Below are positions 37,829 to 48,536 of a stretch of DNA of 64,000 bases, piece by piece. The notes beneath the pieces are model-generated. The model saw only the letters and a program-made list of their open reading frames with translations. It searched no databases and was not told where the DNA came from. The translations under genes were made by a program, and so were the position numbers. Every line of letters begins with the position of its first letter. Position 1 is the first letter of the stretch. Location of the stretch: NCBI GenBank assembly GCA_027005735.1, contig JALTLF010000085.1:1927-65926 (forward strand), given 5' to 3'. Source of the stretch: Chromatiales bacterium (lineage in GTDB: Bacteria; Pseudomonadota; Gammaproteobacteria; CAMYNG01).

Positions 37829-39997
37829 TCAGATCACCTGCAGGTGGGCATATTCCAGCACCAGCCACTTGATGCCGGCGTGCTCGAAGTTGACCTGCAC
37901 GCGCGCGTGGCGGCCGCCCTCGTAGTTGAGCACCACACCTTCGCCGAACTTCGCATGGGTGACCCGCTGGCCCAGTTGCAGGACCTGTTCCCCACCGTCG
38001 GCCGCTTCCTCCGTCCATGCCGAGGCGAGGGGATCGCTCACCTGCCCGCTCATGCGCACCGATTCGATGCATTCGGTGGGCAACTCGGCGAGAAAACGCG
38101 AGGGCCGCGTCCAGGTCTCTTCGCCGTAGAGGCGGCGTTTCTCCGCGTGACTCAGGATCAGCTGTTCGCGCGCGCGCGTCATGCCCACGTAGCACAGGCG
38201 GCGCTCCTCCTCGAGTCGCCCGGGCTCGTCGATGGAAAGCTTGTGTGGAAACAGGCCTTCTTCCATGCCGCAGACGAAGACCTGGCGAAACTCCAGGCCC
38301 TTGGCCGAGTGCAGGGTCATGAGCTGCACGCAGTCGTCCCATTCCGCCGCCTGACCTTCGCCGGCCTCCAGCGCGGCATGGGAGAGGAAGGCCGCCAGCT
38401 CGTCCATCCGTGCCTCGCCGTCATCCGCCTCGTCTCTGACGAAGACCTGCGCGGCGCTGACCAGTTCGTCGAGGTTCTCCAGTCGCGCGCGCCCCTTTTC
38501 ACCCTTTTCCTTCTGGTAGTGCTCACGCAGGCGCGAGTGGTGCAGCATCTGTTCCACCTGCTCGGCGAGAGCGAGGCCGGCGAGATCGGCGCGCAGGCGC
38601 GCCATGAGATCAACGAAGCCCTGCAGGGCGTTGAGGGCGCGGGCGTTCAGACTACGGTTTTCCAGCACGTGGTGAATGGCCTGCCACAGGGACATGCCCC
38701 CGGCGCGCGCCTGTTCGCGCACCTCGGCGAGGGTACGCTGGCCGATCCCCCGCGGCGGCTGGTTGATGATGCGCTCGCAGGAAGCGTCGTCGAGGGGGTT
38801 GCTGGCAAGCCGCAGGTAGGCCAGCGCGTCCTTGATCTCCTGGCGTTCGAAGAAACGCAGGCCGCCGTAGACGCGGTAGGGGATCCCCTGCTGGATGAGC
38901 ACTTCTTCGAAGATGCGCGACTGGGCGTTGGAGCGGTAGAGAATGGCGTTGTCGTCATAGCGGCCGCCGGCCTCCACGCTGGCGCGGACGCAGTCCACCA
39001 CGTAGTGGGCCTCGTCGATCTCGTTGAAGGCATTGTAGATGCGCACCGGCGCGCCCTCGCCGTCCTCGGTCCACAGGTTTTTGCCGAGACGCTCGGCGTT
39101 GTTGGCGATGAGGGCATTGGCGGCGGCGAGGATGTTGCCGGTGGAACGGTAATTCTGCTCCAGGCGGAACACCACGGTGCCGGGAAAGTGCTGCTGGAAC
39201 TGCTGGATATGTTCCACGCGCGCGCCGCGCCAGCCGTAGATGGACTGGTCGTCGTCGCCCACGGCAAACACCTGCCCGCTGTCGCCCGCCAGCAGGCGGA
39301 TCCAGGCGTACTGGATGGTATTGGTGTCCTGGAACTCATCGATGAGGATGTGGCCGAAGCGTCGCCGGTAGGCCTCGAGGAGATCGGGCTTGTTCAGCCA
39401 CAGTTCGTGGGCGCGCAGCAGGAGTTCGGCGAAGTCCACCAGCCCGGAGCGGCGGCAGAAGGCCTCGTAGTGCTCGTAGATGGCGATCATCTCTTTCAGC
39501 CAGGGATCGCCCGCCGCTTCGAGCTGCGCCGGCCTGCGGCCCTCGTCCTTGCGGGCATTGATATACCACTGCGCCTCGCGCGGCGGCCAGCGGTTCTCGT
39601 CCAGGCCCAGCTCGCGAATGACGCGCTTCACCGCGCGCTGCTGGTCCTCGCTGTCGAGGATCTGGAAGTCCTTCGGCAGCTCGGCCTCCTTCCAGTGAGC
39701 GCGCAGCAGGCGGTGGGCGATACCATGGAAGGTGCCCACCCACAGGGCGCCGGCGGGGCGCCCCAGCAGCTGCTCGATGCGCCCGCGCATTTCCGCGGCG
39801 GCCTTGTTGGTGAAGGTCACCGCCAGCACGCCCCAGGGCGAGACGCCCTCGGCCTCCAGCAGCCAGGCGATGCGATGCACCAGCACGCGGGTCTTGCCGC
39901 TGCCCGCCCCGGCCAGCACCAGGCTGTGACCGCCGGGGGCGCATACCGCCTCGCGCTGGGCGACGTTGAGGGGATCGAGAATGTGCGAAACGTCCAT
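37829..39997 (-). CDS. uvrD: DNA helicase II UvrD
   Basis: MDVSHILDPLNVAQREAV parallels E. coli MDVSYLLDSLNDKQREAV. Walker A GAGSGKT; 722 aa. Confidence 0.9.
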   Translation of the reverse strand: MDVSHILDPLNVAQREAVCAPGGHSLVLAGAGSGKTRVLVHRIAWLLEAEGVSPWGVLAVTFTNKAAAEMRGRIEQLLGRPAGALWVGTFHGIAHRLLRAHWKEAELPKDFQILDSEDQQRAVKRVIRELGLDENRWPPREAQWYINARKDEGRRPAQLEAAGDPWLKEMIAIYEHYEAFCRRSGLVDFAELLLRAHELWLNKPDLLEAYRRRFGHILIDEFQDTNTIQYAWIRLLAGDSGQVFAVGDDDQSIYGWRGARVEHIQQFQQHFPGTVVFRLEQNYRSTGNILAAANALIANNAERLGKNLWTEDGEGAPVRIYNAFNEIDEAHYVVDCVRASVEAGGRYDDNAILYRSNAQSRIFEEVLIQQGIPYRVYGGLRFFERQEIKDALAYLRLASNPLDDASCERIINQPPRGIGQRTLAEVREQARAGGMSLWQAIHHVLENRSLNARALNALQGFVDLMARLRADLAGLALAEQVEQMLHHSRLREHYQKEKGEKGRARLENLDELVSAAQVFVRDEADDGEARMDELAAFLSHAALEAGEGQAAEWDDCVQLMTLHSAKGLEFRQVFVCGMEEGLFPHKLSIDEPGRLEEERRLCYVGMTRAREQLILSHAEKRRLYGEETWTRPSRFLAELPTECIESVRMSGQVSDPLASAWTEEAADGGEQVLQLGQRVTHAKFGEGVVLNYEGGRHARVQVNFEHAGIKWLVLEYAHLQVI

Positions 39998-40104
39998 GGC
40001 TGCTATGGTATCAAAAAGGTTCCGCGGCGGGCGGCGCTAAACCCCCGCCCTGCCGCTGCCGATACGCCAGCAGGGGAAGATGTCTCCAGAGAACCAGCCA
40101 GCCC

Positions 40105-41754
40105 ATGTCCACCAATCGCCAACAGTTCGAAGACCGCCTGCGCACGCTGCGGGCGGACTACGCCGCGACGCTGCCGGGCAAGCTCGCCCATCTGGCGGAC
40201 CTGTGGCGCGAGGCCTTCGAGCGAGGCGCGGCGGGTGCGCTGGCGGCCTTCATCCAGCAGTGCCACGCGCTCGCCGGCTCGGGCAGTACCTTCGGCTTCC
40301 CCGCCATCACCAACCGCAGCCGCGAGCTGGAACAGCTGCTGCGCCCCATGGCCGAGGCCGGCACGCCCCTCGACCCGGCCATCAATGCCCGCGTCACGGC
40401 CCTGCTGGAGGATCTCGCCAGGGCCTGCGAGGGCGGGGACGCGGAGTCCGGCGCAGAGGGGGCTCGCTCTACGCCACCCTCGATCCCGTCGAGCGTGGAT
40501 CTCCTCGGCGACGACGGCCCGCTGCATGACGAGCTGCATGCCCAGCTGGCCCAGTTCCAGTACCGCGTCACCCGCTTCACCGCGCCCGAGGCCCTGCTCG
40601 ATGCCATCGGGCGGCGCGTGCCCGCGGTGGTGGTGGTCGATCGCGACCTCCCCCAGGTGAGGGAGACGCTCGATTCCCTGGTGGAAACGATCCATGCGCG
40701 CAGTTTCGGACAGAGCCAGGTGCTCGTCCTTGGCAGCGAGGACAGTTTCGCCCTGCGTCTCGAGGCGGCGCGCGCCAATGTGCAGGCCTGGGTCACGAAG
40801 CCACCCGACATGGGACGCATGGTGGACACCATCGACCGTCTCGCCACCCCCGCGCCGAGCGAACCCTACCGCGTGATGATCGTCGATGACGACGCCGACA
40901 CGCGCAGCTTCATCCGCTTCGTGCTCGAACAACGCGGCATGCGGGTGTTCACCGTATCCCACGTGGATGAGCTGCTCGACAACATGCGCGAGTTCGGCCC
41001 CGAGCTGGTCCTCACCGATCTCTACATGCCCACCTGCACCGGCCTCGAGCTGGCGCGGGTGATCCGCCAGCACGACGAGTACCTGGGGATCCCCATCGTC
41101 TACCTGTCTTCCGAGACCGACATCCACAAGCAGGTCATGGCGCTGAGCGAGGGGGCGGATGATTTTCTCACCAAGCCCATCGCGCCGCACAAGCTGGTCA
41201 GCCGCATCGCCAGCCGCATCCAGCGTTACCGTGGCCTGAGCGCCCTGCTGGCGCATGACGGCCTCACCGGCCTGCTCAACCACACCACCTTCAAGGAACG
41301 CCTGCAGCACGAGGCCCTGCGTGCCGATCGCCAGGATTCCTTTTTCTCCTACGTCATGCTCGATATCGACGACTTCAAGCAGGTCAACGATACCCGCGGC
41401 CATGCCACCGGCGATCGCGTCATCCGCAACCTCGCCCGCCTGTTGTCACGCCGCCTGCGTCGCAGCGATCTCATCGGCCGTTACGGCGGCGAGGAATTCG
41501 CCATCGTCCTGCCCGACACCACCATCGAGGATGCCCTGCGCCTGCTCGATGGCCTGCGCGAGGACTTCGCGGCCCTGTGCCACCGCGACGACACCGGCGG
41601 CGAGTTCCACGTGTCCTTCAGCGCCGGCGTGGCGCAGTACCCGGACTTCGCCGACATCCGCCAGGTCCATGCCGCCGCCGACGCCGCCCTCTACCGCGCC
41701 AAGCAGGAAGGGCGCAACCGCGTCCTCGCGCGTCGCTCCACGGACAGCGTCTAG
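40105..41754 (+). CDS. Response-regulator diguanylate cyclase with an N-terminal Hpt domain (Hpt, degenerate REC, REC, GGDEF)
   Basis: Hpt motif QQCHALAGSGSTFG, a second REC with the phospho-acceptor LVLTDLYMP, and GGDEF RYGGEEFAIVL. Confidence 0.75.
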   Translation: MSTNRQQFEDRLRTLRADYAATLPGKLAHLADLWREAFERGAAGALAAFIQQCHALAGSGSTFGFPAITNRSRELEQLLRPMAEAGTPLDPAINARVTALLEDLARACEGGDAESGAEGARSTPPSIPSSVDLLGDDGPLHDELHAQLAQFQYRVTRFTAPEALLDAIGRRVPAVVVVDRDLPQVRETLDSLVETIHARSFGQSQVLVLGSEDSFALRLEAARANVQAWVTKPPDMGRMVDTIDRLATPAPSEPYRVMIVDDDADTRSFIRFVLEQRGMRVFTVSHVDELLDNMREFGPELVLTDLYMPTCTGLELARVIRQHDEYLGIPIVYLSSETDIHKQVMALSEGADDFLTKPIAPHKLVSRIASRIQRYRGLSALLAHDGLTGLLNHTTFKERLQHEALRADRQDSFFSYVMLDIDDFKQVNDTRGHATGDRVIRNLARLLSRRLRRSDLIGRYGGEEFAIVLPDTTIEDALRLLDGLREDFAALCHRDDTGGEFHVSFSAGVAQYPDFADIRQVHAAADAALYRAKQEGRNRVLARRSTDSV

Positions 41755-41959
41755 ATAACTGTTCCGAAATAAAGTTCACTCTCTATGCCTACTACGTCGT
41801 CCCACGTGTCCTGACATGACCGTCAGCCGCAGGGACGCGGCTGTCGAGCGTACAGGGACGTAAGCACCCCGTGTCCGTAAACCTTGTCCCGGAGAGAGAC
41901 AGGCAGACGAGGCAATCCGGTTATTCCAGGGTGATCGGGTATTCGGAACACGTATTTAG
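41751..41959. repeat. ~208-bp structured repeat (MITE-like), copy A
   Basis: About 85% identical to 63682-63888. Shared core GGCTGTCGAGCGTACAGGGACGTA...GTCCCGGAGAGAGACAGGCAGA...GGCAATCCG...GGTGATCGGGTATT. Right end TTCGGAACACGTATTTAG is the reverse complement of the family's left end. Confidence 0.75.
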
Positions 41960-42195
41960 TGTCGCGAGAGGGCAGGAGAAGGTGAGACCAGAGGTCGAGA
42001 AGCTGGCCTGGGCCACGCCCCGGCAAGACCTTGCCGTGGGGAGGGCGCACCACCACGGCGCCCGAACATTGCCGGCAGGGGCTATCTTGCTGATAACAGG
42101 GATAAAATCAAGGCCCGGCGGTATCTCCAGGGTGGCCGGCGCGACATGGTACGGGGCTTGCTTTATCGGGGAGAAACATCATCCATCCCGTCCAC

Positions 42196-42624
42196 ATGGA
42201 GCCCGACATGATCCACGCCCGTTTCCTGCGTCTTCCCCTGCTGGTGGGGGCCTTGCTGCTCGCCGCCGGCTGCACCACCCTGACCCGTGACGACTGTCTG
42301 GCCAATAACTGGTACGCCGTGGGCATGCAGGACGGCCTGGCGGGCGCACCCCGCACGCGCTTCAACCACCATGCCCGCTTCTGCCAGCGTTTCGGCGTGC
42401 AGGCCAACCTGGTGGCCTACGACATGGGTCGCGAACGGGGGCTGGCGGAGTTCTGCGTCGGCGCCGACGATCTGCGCGCCCTGGCCGCGAGCCCGCGCTA
42501 CCACGTCGCCTGCACGCGCCACCCGGAAGACCCGCTGATCCACTCCCCCATCACGCGGCGCGCCCGGTTGCGTGGCCTCGGCGTCAATACCGGCGACATC
42601 ACCGACGCCGTACCGCGTTTCTAG
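42196..42624 (+). CDS. Small lipoprotein (DUF2799-like)
   Basis: Lipobox LLAAGC; 142 aa with several Cys. Flanked by two different inverted-repeat elements. Confidence 0.45.
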   Translation: MEPDMIHARFLRLPLLVGALLLAAGCTTLTRDDCLANNWYAVGMQDGLAGAPRTRFNHHARFCQRFGVQANLVAYDMGRERGLAEFCVGADDLRALAASPRYHVACTRHPEDPLIHSPITRRARLRGLGVNTGDITDAVPRF

Positions 42625-42644
42625 CCCGACTCCTGAAAAAACCT

Positions 42645-42852
42645 TTAACCACGGGGAGCACGGGGCACACGGGGAAAGCGTGAAAAATTATTTCCTGTGG
42701 ATCGATGCTGTCCGCAGAGGGACAACGTACTCACTGGCGTTTTGGCCTGGCCCAAAACAAATAACTTTGCTGCCATCTTCTTTCGCCATTACCGGCGTGG
42801 CCATGCAACAACATACCCCACAATAATGTTCCCCCGTGCTCCCCGTGGTTAA
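42645..42852. mobile_element. AT-rich ~208-bp segment bounded by a 22-bp near-perfect terminal inverted repeat (MITE-like or large hairpin)
   Basis: Left TTAACCACGGGGAGCACGGGGc (42645-42666); right cCCCCGTGCTCCCCGTGGTTAA (42831-42852), 21/22 complementary. The interior is ~48% GC against ~68% for the surroundings. Confidence 0.6.
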
Positions 42853-42875
42853 CCTCGATCAGGTTACCGAACTCG

Positions 42876-43835
<960 letters not shown>

Positions 43836-44399
43836 TCAGGCCGGGCGGATGAGCGCGCCGGTGGCCGCGTCACGGATCTCGGTGGGCCGCGCCTGGCCAC
43901 CGAGGGCGCCGGCCAGTATAGCGTCAAGACGCGCGTCGAAGTAGCGCCGCACCCTCAGGGCCGTGCGCGCCGGCGGCCGCCCGGCGGGATTGGCGCTGGT
44001 GGAGACCAGCGCGCCACCGAAGGCCGCGCAGAGTTCGCGCGTCAGGGGATGGGCGCTGACACGCACGGCGAGGGTGACGTGGGTACCACGCAGCCAGGCG
44101 GGGGTCTCCTTGCGCGCCGGCAGGAGCCAGGTCACCGGCCCCGGCCAGCTGGCGCTGACGCGCGCCAGCAGTGCGTTGGAAAGGGGCGCGAGGAAGGGGC
44201 GCAACTGCGCCATGTCGCTGGCGACGAGGATGAGTCCCTTCTCCAGGGGGCGCTGCTTGAGATCCAGCAGGCGCAGCACGGCGCCGGCGTTCAGGGGATC
44301 GCAGGCGAGACCATAGACCGCCTCGGTGGGATGGGCGATGACACCGCCGCGGGCGAGGAGTCCCGCGGCATGACGCAGGCGCCAGGGAGAGACAGGCAT
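43836..44399 (-). CDS. tsaC: L-threonylcarbamoyladenylate synthase TsaC (YrdC)
   Basis: YrdC/Sua5 domain (HPTEAVYGLACDP...ALVSTSANPAG). Start at MPVSPW. Confidence 0.85.
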   Translation of the reverse strand: MPVSPWRLRHAAGLLARGGVIAHPTEAVYGLACDPLNAGAVLRLLDLKQRPLEKGLILVASDMAQLRPFLAPLSNALLARVSASWPGPVTWLLPARKETPAWLRGTHVTLAVRVSAHPLTRELCAAFGGALVSTSANPAGRPPARTALRVRRYFDARLDAILAGALGGQARPTEIRDAATGALIRPA

Positions 44400-44418
44400 G
44401 CGTCGTGTGTCCCCGGGC

Positions 44419-46734
44419 TCAGGAGGCCGCCTTTTCCGGGGCGTCCTCGGCGTCGCCCGTGTCCTCCATGGGCTCGGTGTAGCCGCAGTCCTTCTGCGGG
44501 CACACCTTCTCCGTGCCACGGCGCTTGGTGGTCTTCTTCGTCAGCATGGGAAAGCCGCACTCGGGGCAGGGCTCGTCCAGTGGCTCGTTCCATACCGCGT
44601 AGGTGCAGTCGGGATAGCGCGCGCAGGAGTAGAAGATCTTGCCGTTGCGCGACTTGCGCTTGAGCATGTTGCCCTGCTTGCATTCCGGGCACGCCACGCC
44701 GGTGTCCTCGGGTTTTTCCAGCGGCTCGATGTGGCGGCAGTCGGGATAGGCGCTGCAACCGATGAACTTGCCGTAACGCCCGTGGCGAATGATCAGATCC
44801 GCGCCGCAGTCCGGGCACTTGCGATCCTTGATGATCTCCGGCTCGGCGTTGGCGTCCTCGTTGACATTGCGCGTGTAGTCGCATTCCGGATAGGCGTCAC
44901 AACCGACGAAACGCCCGCGCCGGCCGAGGCGGATGGCGAGGCTGCTGCCACACTTGGGGCACTTCTCGTCCAGCGGTTCGTGGGTGACGTCCTTGCGGTC
45001 GACATTCTTTTCCTTGTCATCGACGAGCTTCTTGAACGGGCCCCAGAAGTTTTTCATCAGGGGAAGCCAGTCCTTTTCACCGCGCGATATCTCGTCGAGC
45101 TCGTCCTCCAGCCTGGCGGTGAAGTCGTAGTCCACGTACTGGGTAAAATGCTCGGTGAGGAACTTGTTGACTATGCGTCCCACGTCGGTGGGGTAGAAAC
45201 GTCTTTTCTCCAGCGTCACGTACTCGCGGTCCTGCAGGGTCGAGATGATGGAGGCATAGGTGGACGGACGGCCGATGCCGTATTCTTCCAGCGTCTTGAC
45301 CAGCGAGGCTTCCGTGTAGCGGGGCGGCGGCTCGGTGAAGTGCTGTTCGGGCTTGAGCTTGATGAGATCGACGTCGTCGCCTTCCTTGAGCGGCGGCAGC
45401 ATGCGCTCGTCGTCGTCCGTCTTCCTGCTCTCGTCCATGCTCTCCTGGTAGACTGCCATGAAGCCGGGGTCCACGATGGTGGAACCGTTGGCGCGGAACA
45501 CGTTCTTCTCGGTAGCGGTGAGATCCACCGCCACGGTATCCAGAGTGGCGTGGATCATCTGGCAGGCGATGGTGCGCTTCCAGATCAGTTCGTAGAGGCG
45601 GAACTGGTCCTTGCTGAGATGTGTCCTGATGTCCTTCGGCGCATGCAGCACCGAGGTGGGACGGATGGCCTCGTGGGCCTCCTGGGCGTTGCGCGCTTTG
45701 GTCTTGAAGGTGCGCGGCTTGTCAGGCAGCGCCTTCTCGCCCCAGGTGTCGGCAATGTACTTGCGGATCTCGTCGAGCGCCTCGTTGGCCAGCGTCACCG
45801 AGTCGGTACGCATGTAGGTGATGAGACCAACGGTCTCGCCGCCGATGTCGATGCCTTCATAGAGCTGCTGCGCCACGCGCATGGTGCGGCTGGCGGAAAA
45901 GCCCAGCTTGCGCGAGGCCTCCTGTTGCAGGGTCGAGGTGGTGAAGGGCGCGGCGGGATTACGCTTGCGCTTTTTCTTCTGCACCTTCGCGATGTGCAGC
46001 TTGCCCTGCGCGGCGTCGAGAATGGTCTTCTCCGCCCGGTCGGCCTTGTCCTTGCTGTTGATGGTGAACTGCGCCACCTTCTCGCCGTCGAGCTGGATGA
46101 GGCGCGCGCTGAACTCGTGCCCGTCAGAGGCCACGTCGGCATCCACGGTCCAGTATTCCTTCGGCTCGAACTTTTCGATTTCCTGCTCGCGCTCGACGAT
46201 GAGTCGCAGGGCGGGGCTCTGCACCCGGCCCGCGGACAGGCCGCGGCGGATCTTCTTCCACAACAGGGGCGAGAGATTGAAGCCGACGAGGTAGTCCAGC
46301 GCGCGGCGCGCCTGCTGGGCATTGATGAGATCCTGGGAAAGCTCGCGCGGGTGTTCCACCGCTTCCTGGATGGCGCGCTTGGTGATCTCGTGGAAGACCA
46401 CGCGGCCCACCTTCTTGTCCTTGAGCAGGCCGCGTTCCCTGAGCAGTTCCAGCAGGTGCCAGGAAATGGCCTCGCCCTCGCGATCCGGGTCAGTGGCGAG
46501 GTAGAGGGCCTCGGCTTTCTTCAATGCCTTCGCAATGGCATCCACGTGTTTCTGGTTCTTTTCGATGACCTCGTAGGTCATGGCGAAGTCGTGCTCGGGA
46601 TCCACCGCGCCCTCCTTGGGGCGCAGGTCGCGCACGTGGCCGTAGGAGGCCAGCACCTCGAAACCCCGTCCGAGGTATTTCTTGATGGTCTTCGCCTTGG
46701 CCGGCGATTCAACGATGACGAGATTCTTTGCCAT
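44419..46734 (-). CDS. topA: DNA topoisomerase I with C-terminal zinc ribbons
   Basis: Toprim N-terminus MAKNLVIVESPAKAKTIKKYLG and multiple C4 zinc-ribbon repeats at the C-terminus. Confidence 0.9.
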   Translation of the reverse strand: MAKNLVIVESPAKAKTIKKYLGRGFEVLASYGHVRDLRPKEGAVDPEHDFAMTYEVIEKNQKHVDAIAKALKKAEALYLATDPDREGEAISWHLLELLRERGLLKDKKVGRVVFHEITKRAIQEAVEHPRELSQDLINAQQARRALDYLVGFNLSPLLWKKIRRGLSAGRVQSPALRLIVEREQEIEKFEPKEYWTVDADVASDGHEFSARLIQLDGEKVAQFTINSKDKADRAEKTILDAAQGKLHIAKVQKKKRKRNPAAPFTTSTLQQEASRKLGFSASRTMRVAQQLYEGIDIGGETVGLITYMRTDSVTLANEALDEIRKYIADTWGEKALPDKPRTFKTKARNAQEAHEAIRPTSVLHAPKDIRTHLSKDQFRLYELIWKRTIACQMIHATLDTVAVDLTATEKNVFRANGSTIVDPGFMAVYQESMDESRKTDDDERMLPPLKEGDDVDLIKLKPEQHFTEPPPRYTEASLVKTLEEYGIGRPSTYASIISTLQDREYVTLEKRRFYPTDVGRIVNKFLTEHFTQYVDYDFTARLEDELDEISRGEKDWLPLMKNFWGPFKKLVDDKEKNVDRKDVTHEPLDEKCPKCGSSLAIRLGRRGRFVGCDAYPECDYTRNVNEDANAEPEIIKDRKCPDCGADLIIRHGRYGKFIGCSAYPDCRHIEPLEKPEDTGVACPECKQGNMLKRKSRNGKIFYSCARYPDCTYAVWNEPLDEPCPECGFPMLTKKTTKRRGTEKVCPQKDCGYTEPMEDTGDAEDAPEKAAS

Positions 46735-46813
46735 ATCGGTGTGCTGTGGCTGTGTTCCTATATGCAAATGCCCGCGACTGCGGGCATTGCTGTGTCACGA
46801 GACCCCGGCCGCC

Positions 46814-47290
46814 TCAGTGCAGACTGCCCTGCGTCTCCTCGAAGACCAGGTCCTCCACCCAGGCAAAGGCCGCCTCGCCCCCCGGCTGGTTGAACAGCAC
46901 CATGAGGATGACCCACTTGAGTTGTTCCAGGTCGATGTCGTCTTCATCGAGCGCCATGACGCGGTCCACCACCAGTTCGCGGGCGGCATGGCTGAGGATG
47001 CCGGTCTGCTCCAGGAAGAGCAGGAAACCGCGGCACTCGGTGTCGAGTTTTTCCTTTTCGCTGTCGGTGTAGATCCGCATGGAAGCCGCCGACAGCGCCA
47101 GGCCGTCGGGCTGGTTCTGCTGGTGCGACAGGGCCTCGAGCCAGTCGAAGGCCTTGCTGATCTCACCGGTCTGAAAGCCCGCCTGTTGCAGCTCGGCCCG
47201 CAGGGATTCTTCGTCCGTGTCGATCTCGATGTCATCATTCATATAATTTTCAAACAGATACATCAACACGTCGAGTACGTTTTCTTTCAT
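46814..47290 (-). CDS. smg: Smg protein (DUF494)
   Basis: Strong match to E. coli Smg (DVLMYLFE...CRGFLLFLEQ...LKWVILMVLFN); 158 aa. Confidence 0.9.
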   Translation of the reverse strand: MKENVLDVLMYLFENYMNDDIEIDTDEESLRAELQQAGFQTGEISKAFDWLEALSHQQNQPDGLALSAASMRIYTDSEKEKLDTECRGFLLFLEQTGILSHAARELVVDRVMALDEDDIDLEQLKWVILMVLFNQPGGEAAFAWVEDLVFEETQGSLH

Positions 47291-47299
47291 AAAATCCTC

Positions 47300-48406
47300 T
47301 CACATTGCGCGATAAACCCCCGCGCCCGGGGCCGTTTTCACCAGGCCTTGCAGCTCCAGTAACAAGAGCATGGAGGAAACCGCTTCTGCCGTCAATCCAC
47401 AACGTGCCACCAGCAGGTCCGGGGTCACCGGCTCGGAGTCCAGCTGCGCCAGCAATTCCCGGGCCGCCGCCGGCAGATCCGCCGGCACCGCGGAGGTGCC
47501 GGCGTGATCCTCGTCACACTCCGGGGGTGCCACGCAGCCGAGGCCGTGGAGCACGTCCGCCGCGGTCTCCGCCAGGATCGCCCCCTCGCGCAACAGGCCG
47601 TTGGTGCCCCGGGCGCGGGGATTGCGGGGCGAGCCCGGCACCGCGAAGACCTCGCGGCCCTGTTCCAGGGCGAATTCCGCCGTGATCAGGGAGCCGCTGC
47701 GCGCCGCCGCCTCCACCACCAGCACGCCCTGGCAAAGGCCGCTGATGACGCGGTTGCGCCGCGGAAAGTGATGGGGCCGCGGGCGGGTGCCCGGGGGGAA
47801 TTCCGACACCAGCAGGCCATGCTCGGCGATACGCCGGGCGAGCTCACGATGGCGGGCCGGATAGACACGGTCAGGACCGGTGCCGAGCACGGCGAGGGTT
47901 CCACCCCCCACGGACAGGGCGCCGGCGTGGGCGGCGCCGTCGATGCCGGCGGCCAGCCCCGAGACGATGGTGCAGCCGACGCTGGCCAGCTCCGCGGCCA
48001 TCTGCCGGGCGAGTTCCTCGCCCGCCGCGGAGGGCGTGCGCGAACCCACCACGGCGAGCATGGGATCCTTCTCCAGCAAGCTGGGGTCGCCGCGCAGAAA
48101 TAACAAGGGCGGCGGATCGGCGATGGCCGCCAGCCGCCGGGGGTAGGCCGCCTCCCGGCAGGTGAGCAGGTGGTGCTCCGGCGCGCTGGCAAGCCAGGCC
48201 AGATCCGCCGCCACGCCGGCCTCGTCGGGGGCGGCGAGGTAATCCAGGGTCTCGCTGCCGAGCCCCAGCGCGGCGAGCTCGTCCCGCGGGGCGGCAAAGA
48301 CCGCGTCGGGCTCGCCGAAGCGCGCCAGCAGGCGGGTGAAGGTGAGCGTGCCCACACCGGGCGCGCGGTTGAGCGCCAGCCAGGGGCGCAAGCGATTCTC
48401 GTCCAT
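47300..48406 (-). CDS. dprA: DNA processing protein DprA (Smf)
   Basis: DprA Rossmann domain; conserved smg-dprA-def-fmt-rsmB order. Confidence 0.85.
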   Translation of the reverse strand: MDENRLRPWLALNRAPGVGTLTFTRLLARFGEPDAVFAAPRDELAALGLGSETLDYLAAPDEAGVAADLAWLASAPEHHLLTCREAAYPRRLAAIADPPPLLFLRGDPSLLEKDPMLAVVGSRTPSAAGEELARQMAAELASVGCTIVSGLAAGIDGAAHAGALSVGGGTLAVLGTGPDRVYPARHRELARRIAEHGLLVSEFPPGTRPRPHHFPRRNRVISGLCQGVLVVEAAARSGSLITAEFALEQGREVFAVPGSPRNPRARGTNGLLREGAILAETAADVLHGLGCVAPPECDEDHAGTSAVPADLPAAARELLAQLDSEPVTPDLLVARCGLTAEAVSSMLLLLELQGLVKTAPGAGVYRAM

Positions 48407-48536
48407 GAGTCTCCCTGTCGGTCCGTTGTCAGGCGAGCCACCAGTATATATAAAGATCAGGGGTACAAAAAAGCCGGCCGCCCCGACAGGGGAACGGCCG
48501 GCCGCGATGGCGTGCCGCCGGTTGGCCTGTCGGGCC

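Noticed and set aside
39998-40104. Looked for a LexA/SOS box upstream of uvrD
   Set aside because: There is no CTGT-N8-ACAG or other recognisable LexA consensus in the 107-bp divergent region. No call made.
42572-42826. 84-aa ORF inside the inverted-repeat-bounded AT-rich segment
   Set aside because: It starts inside the 3' end of the upstream lipoprotein gene frame, has no RBS or recognisable domain, and spans the repeat interior. It is probably non-coding.
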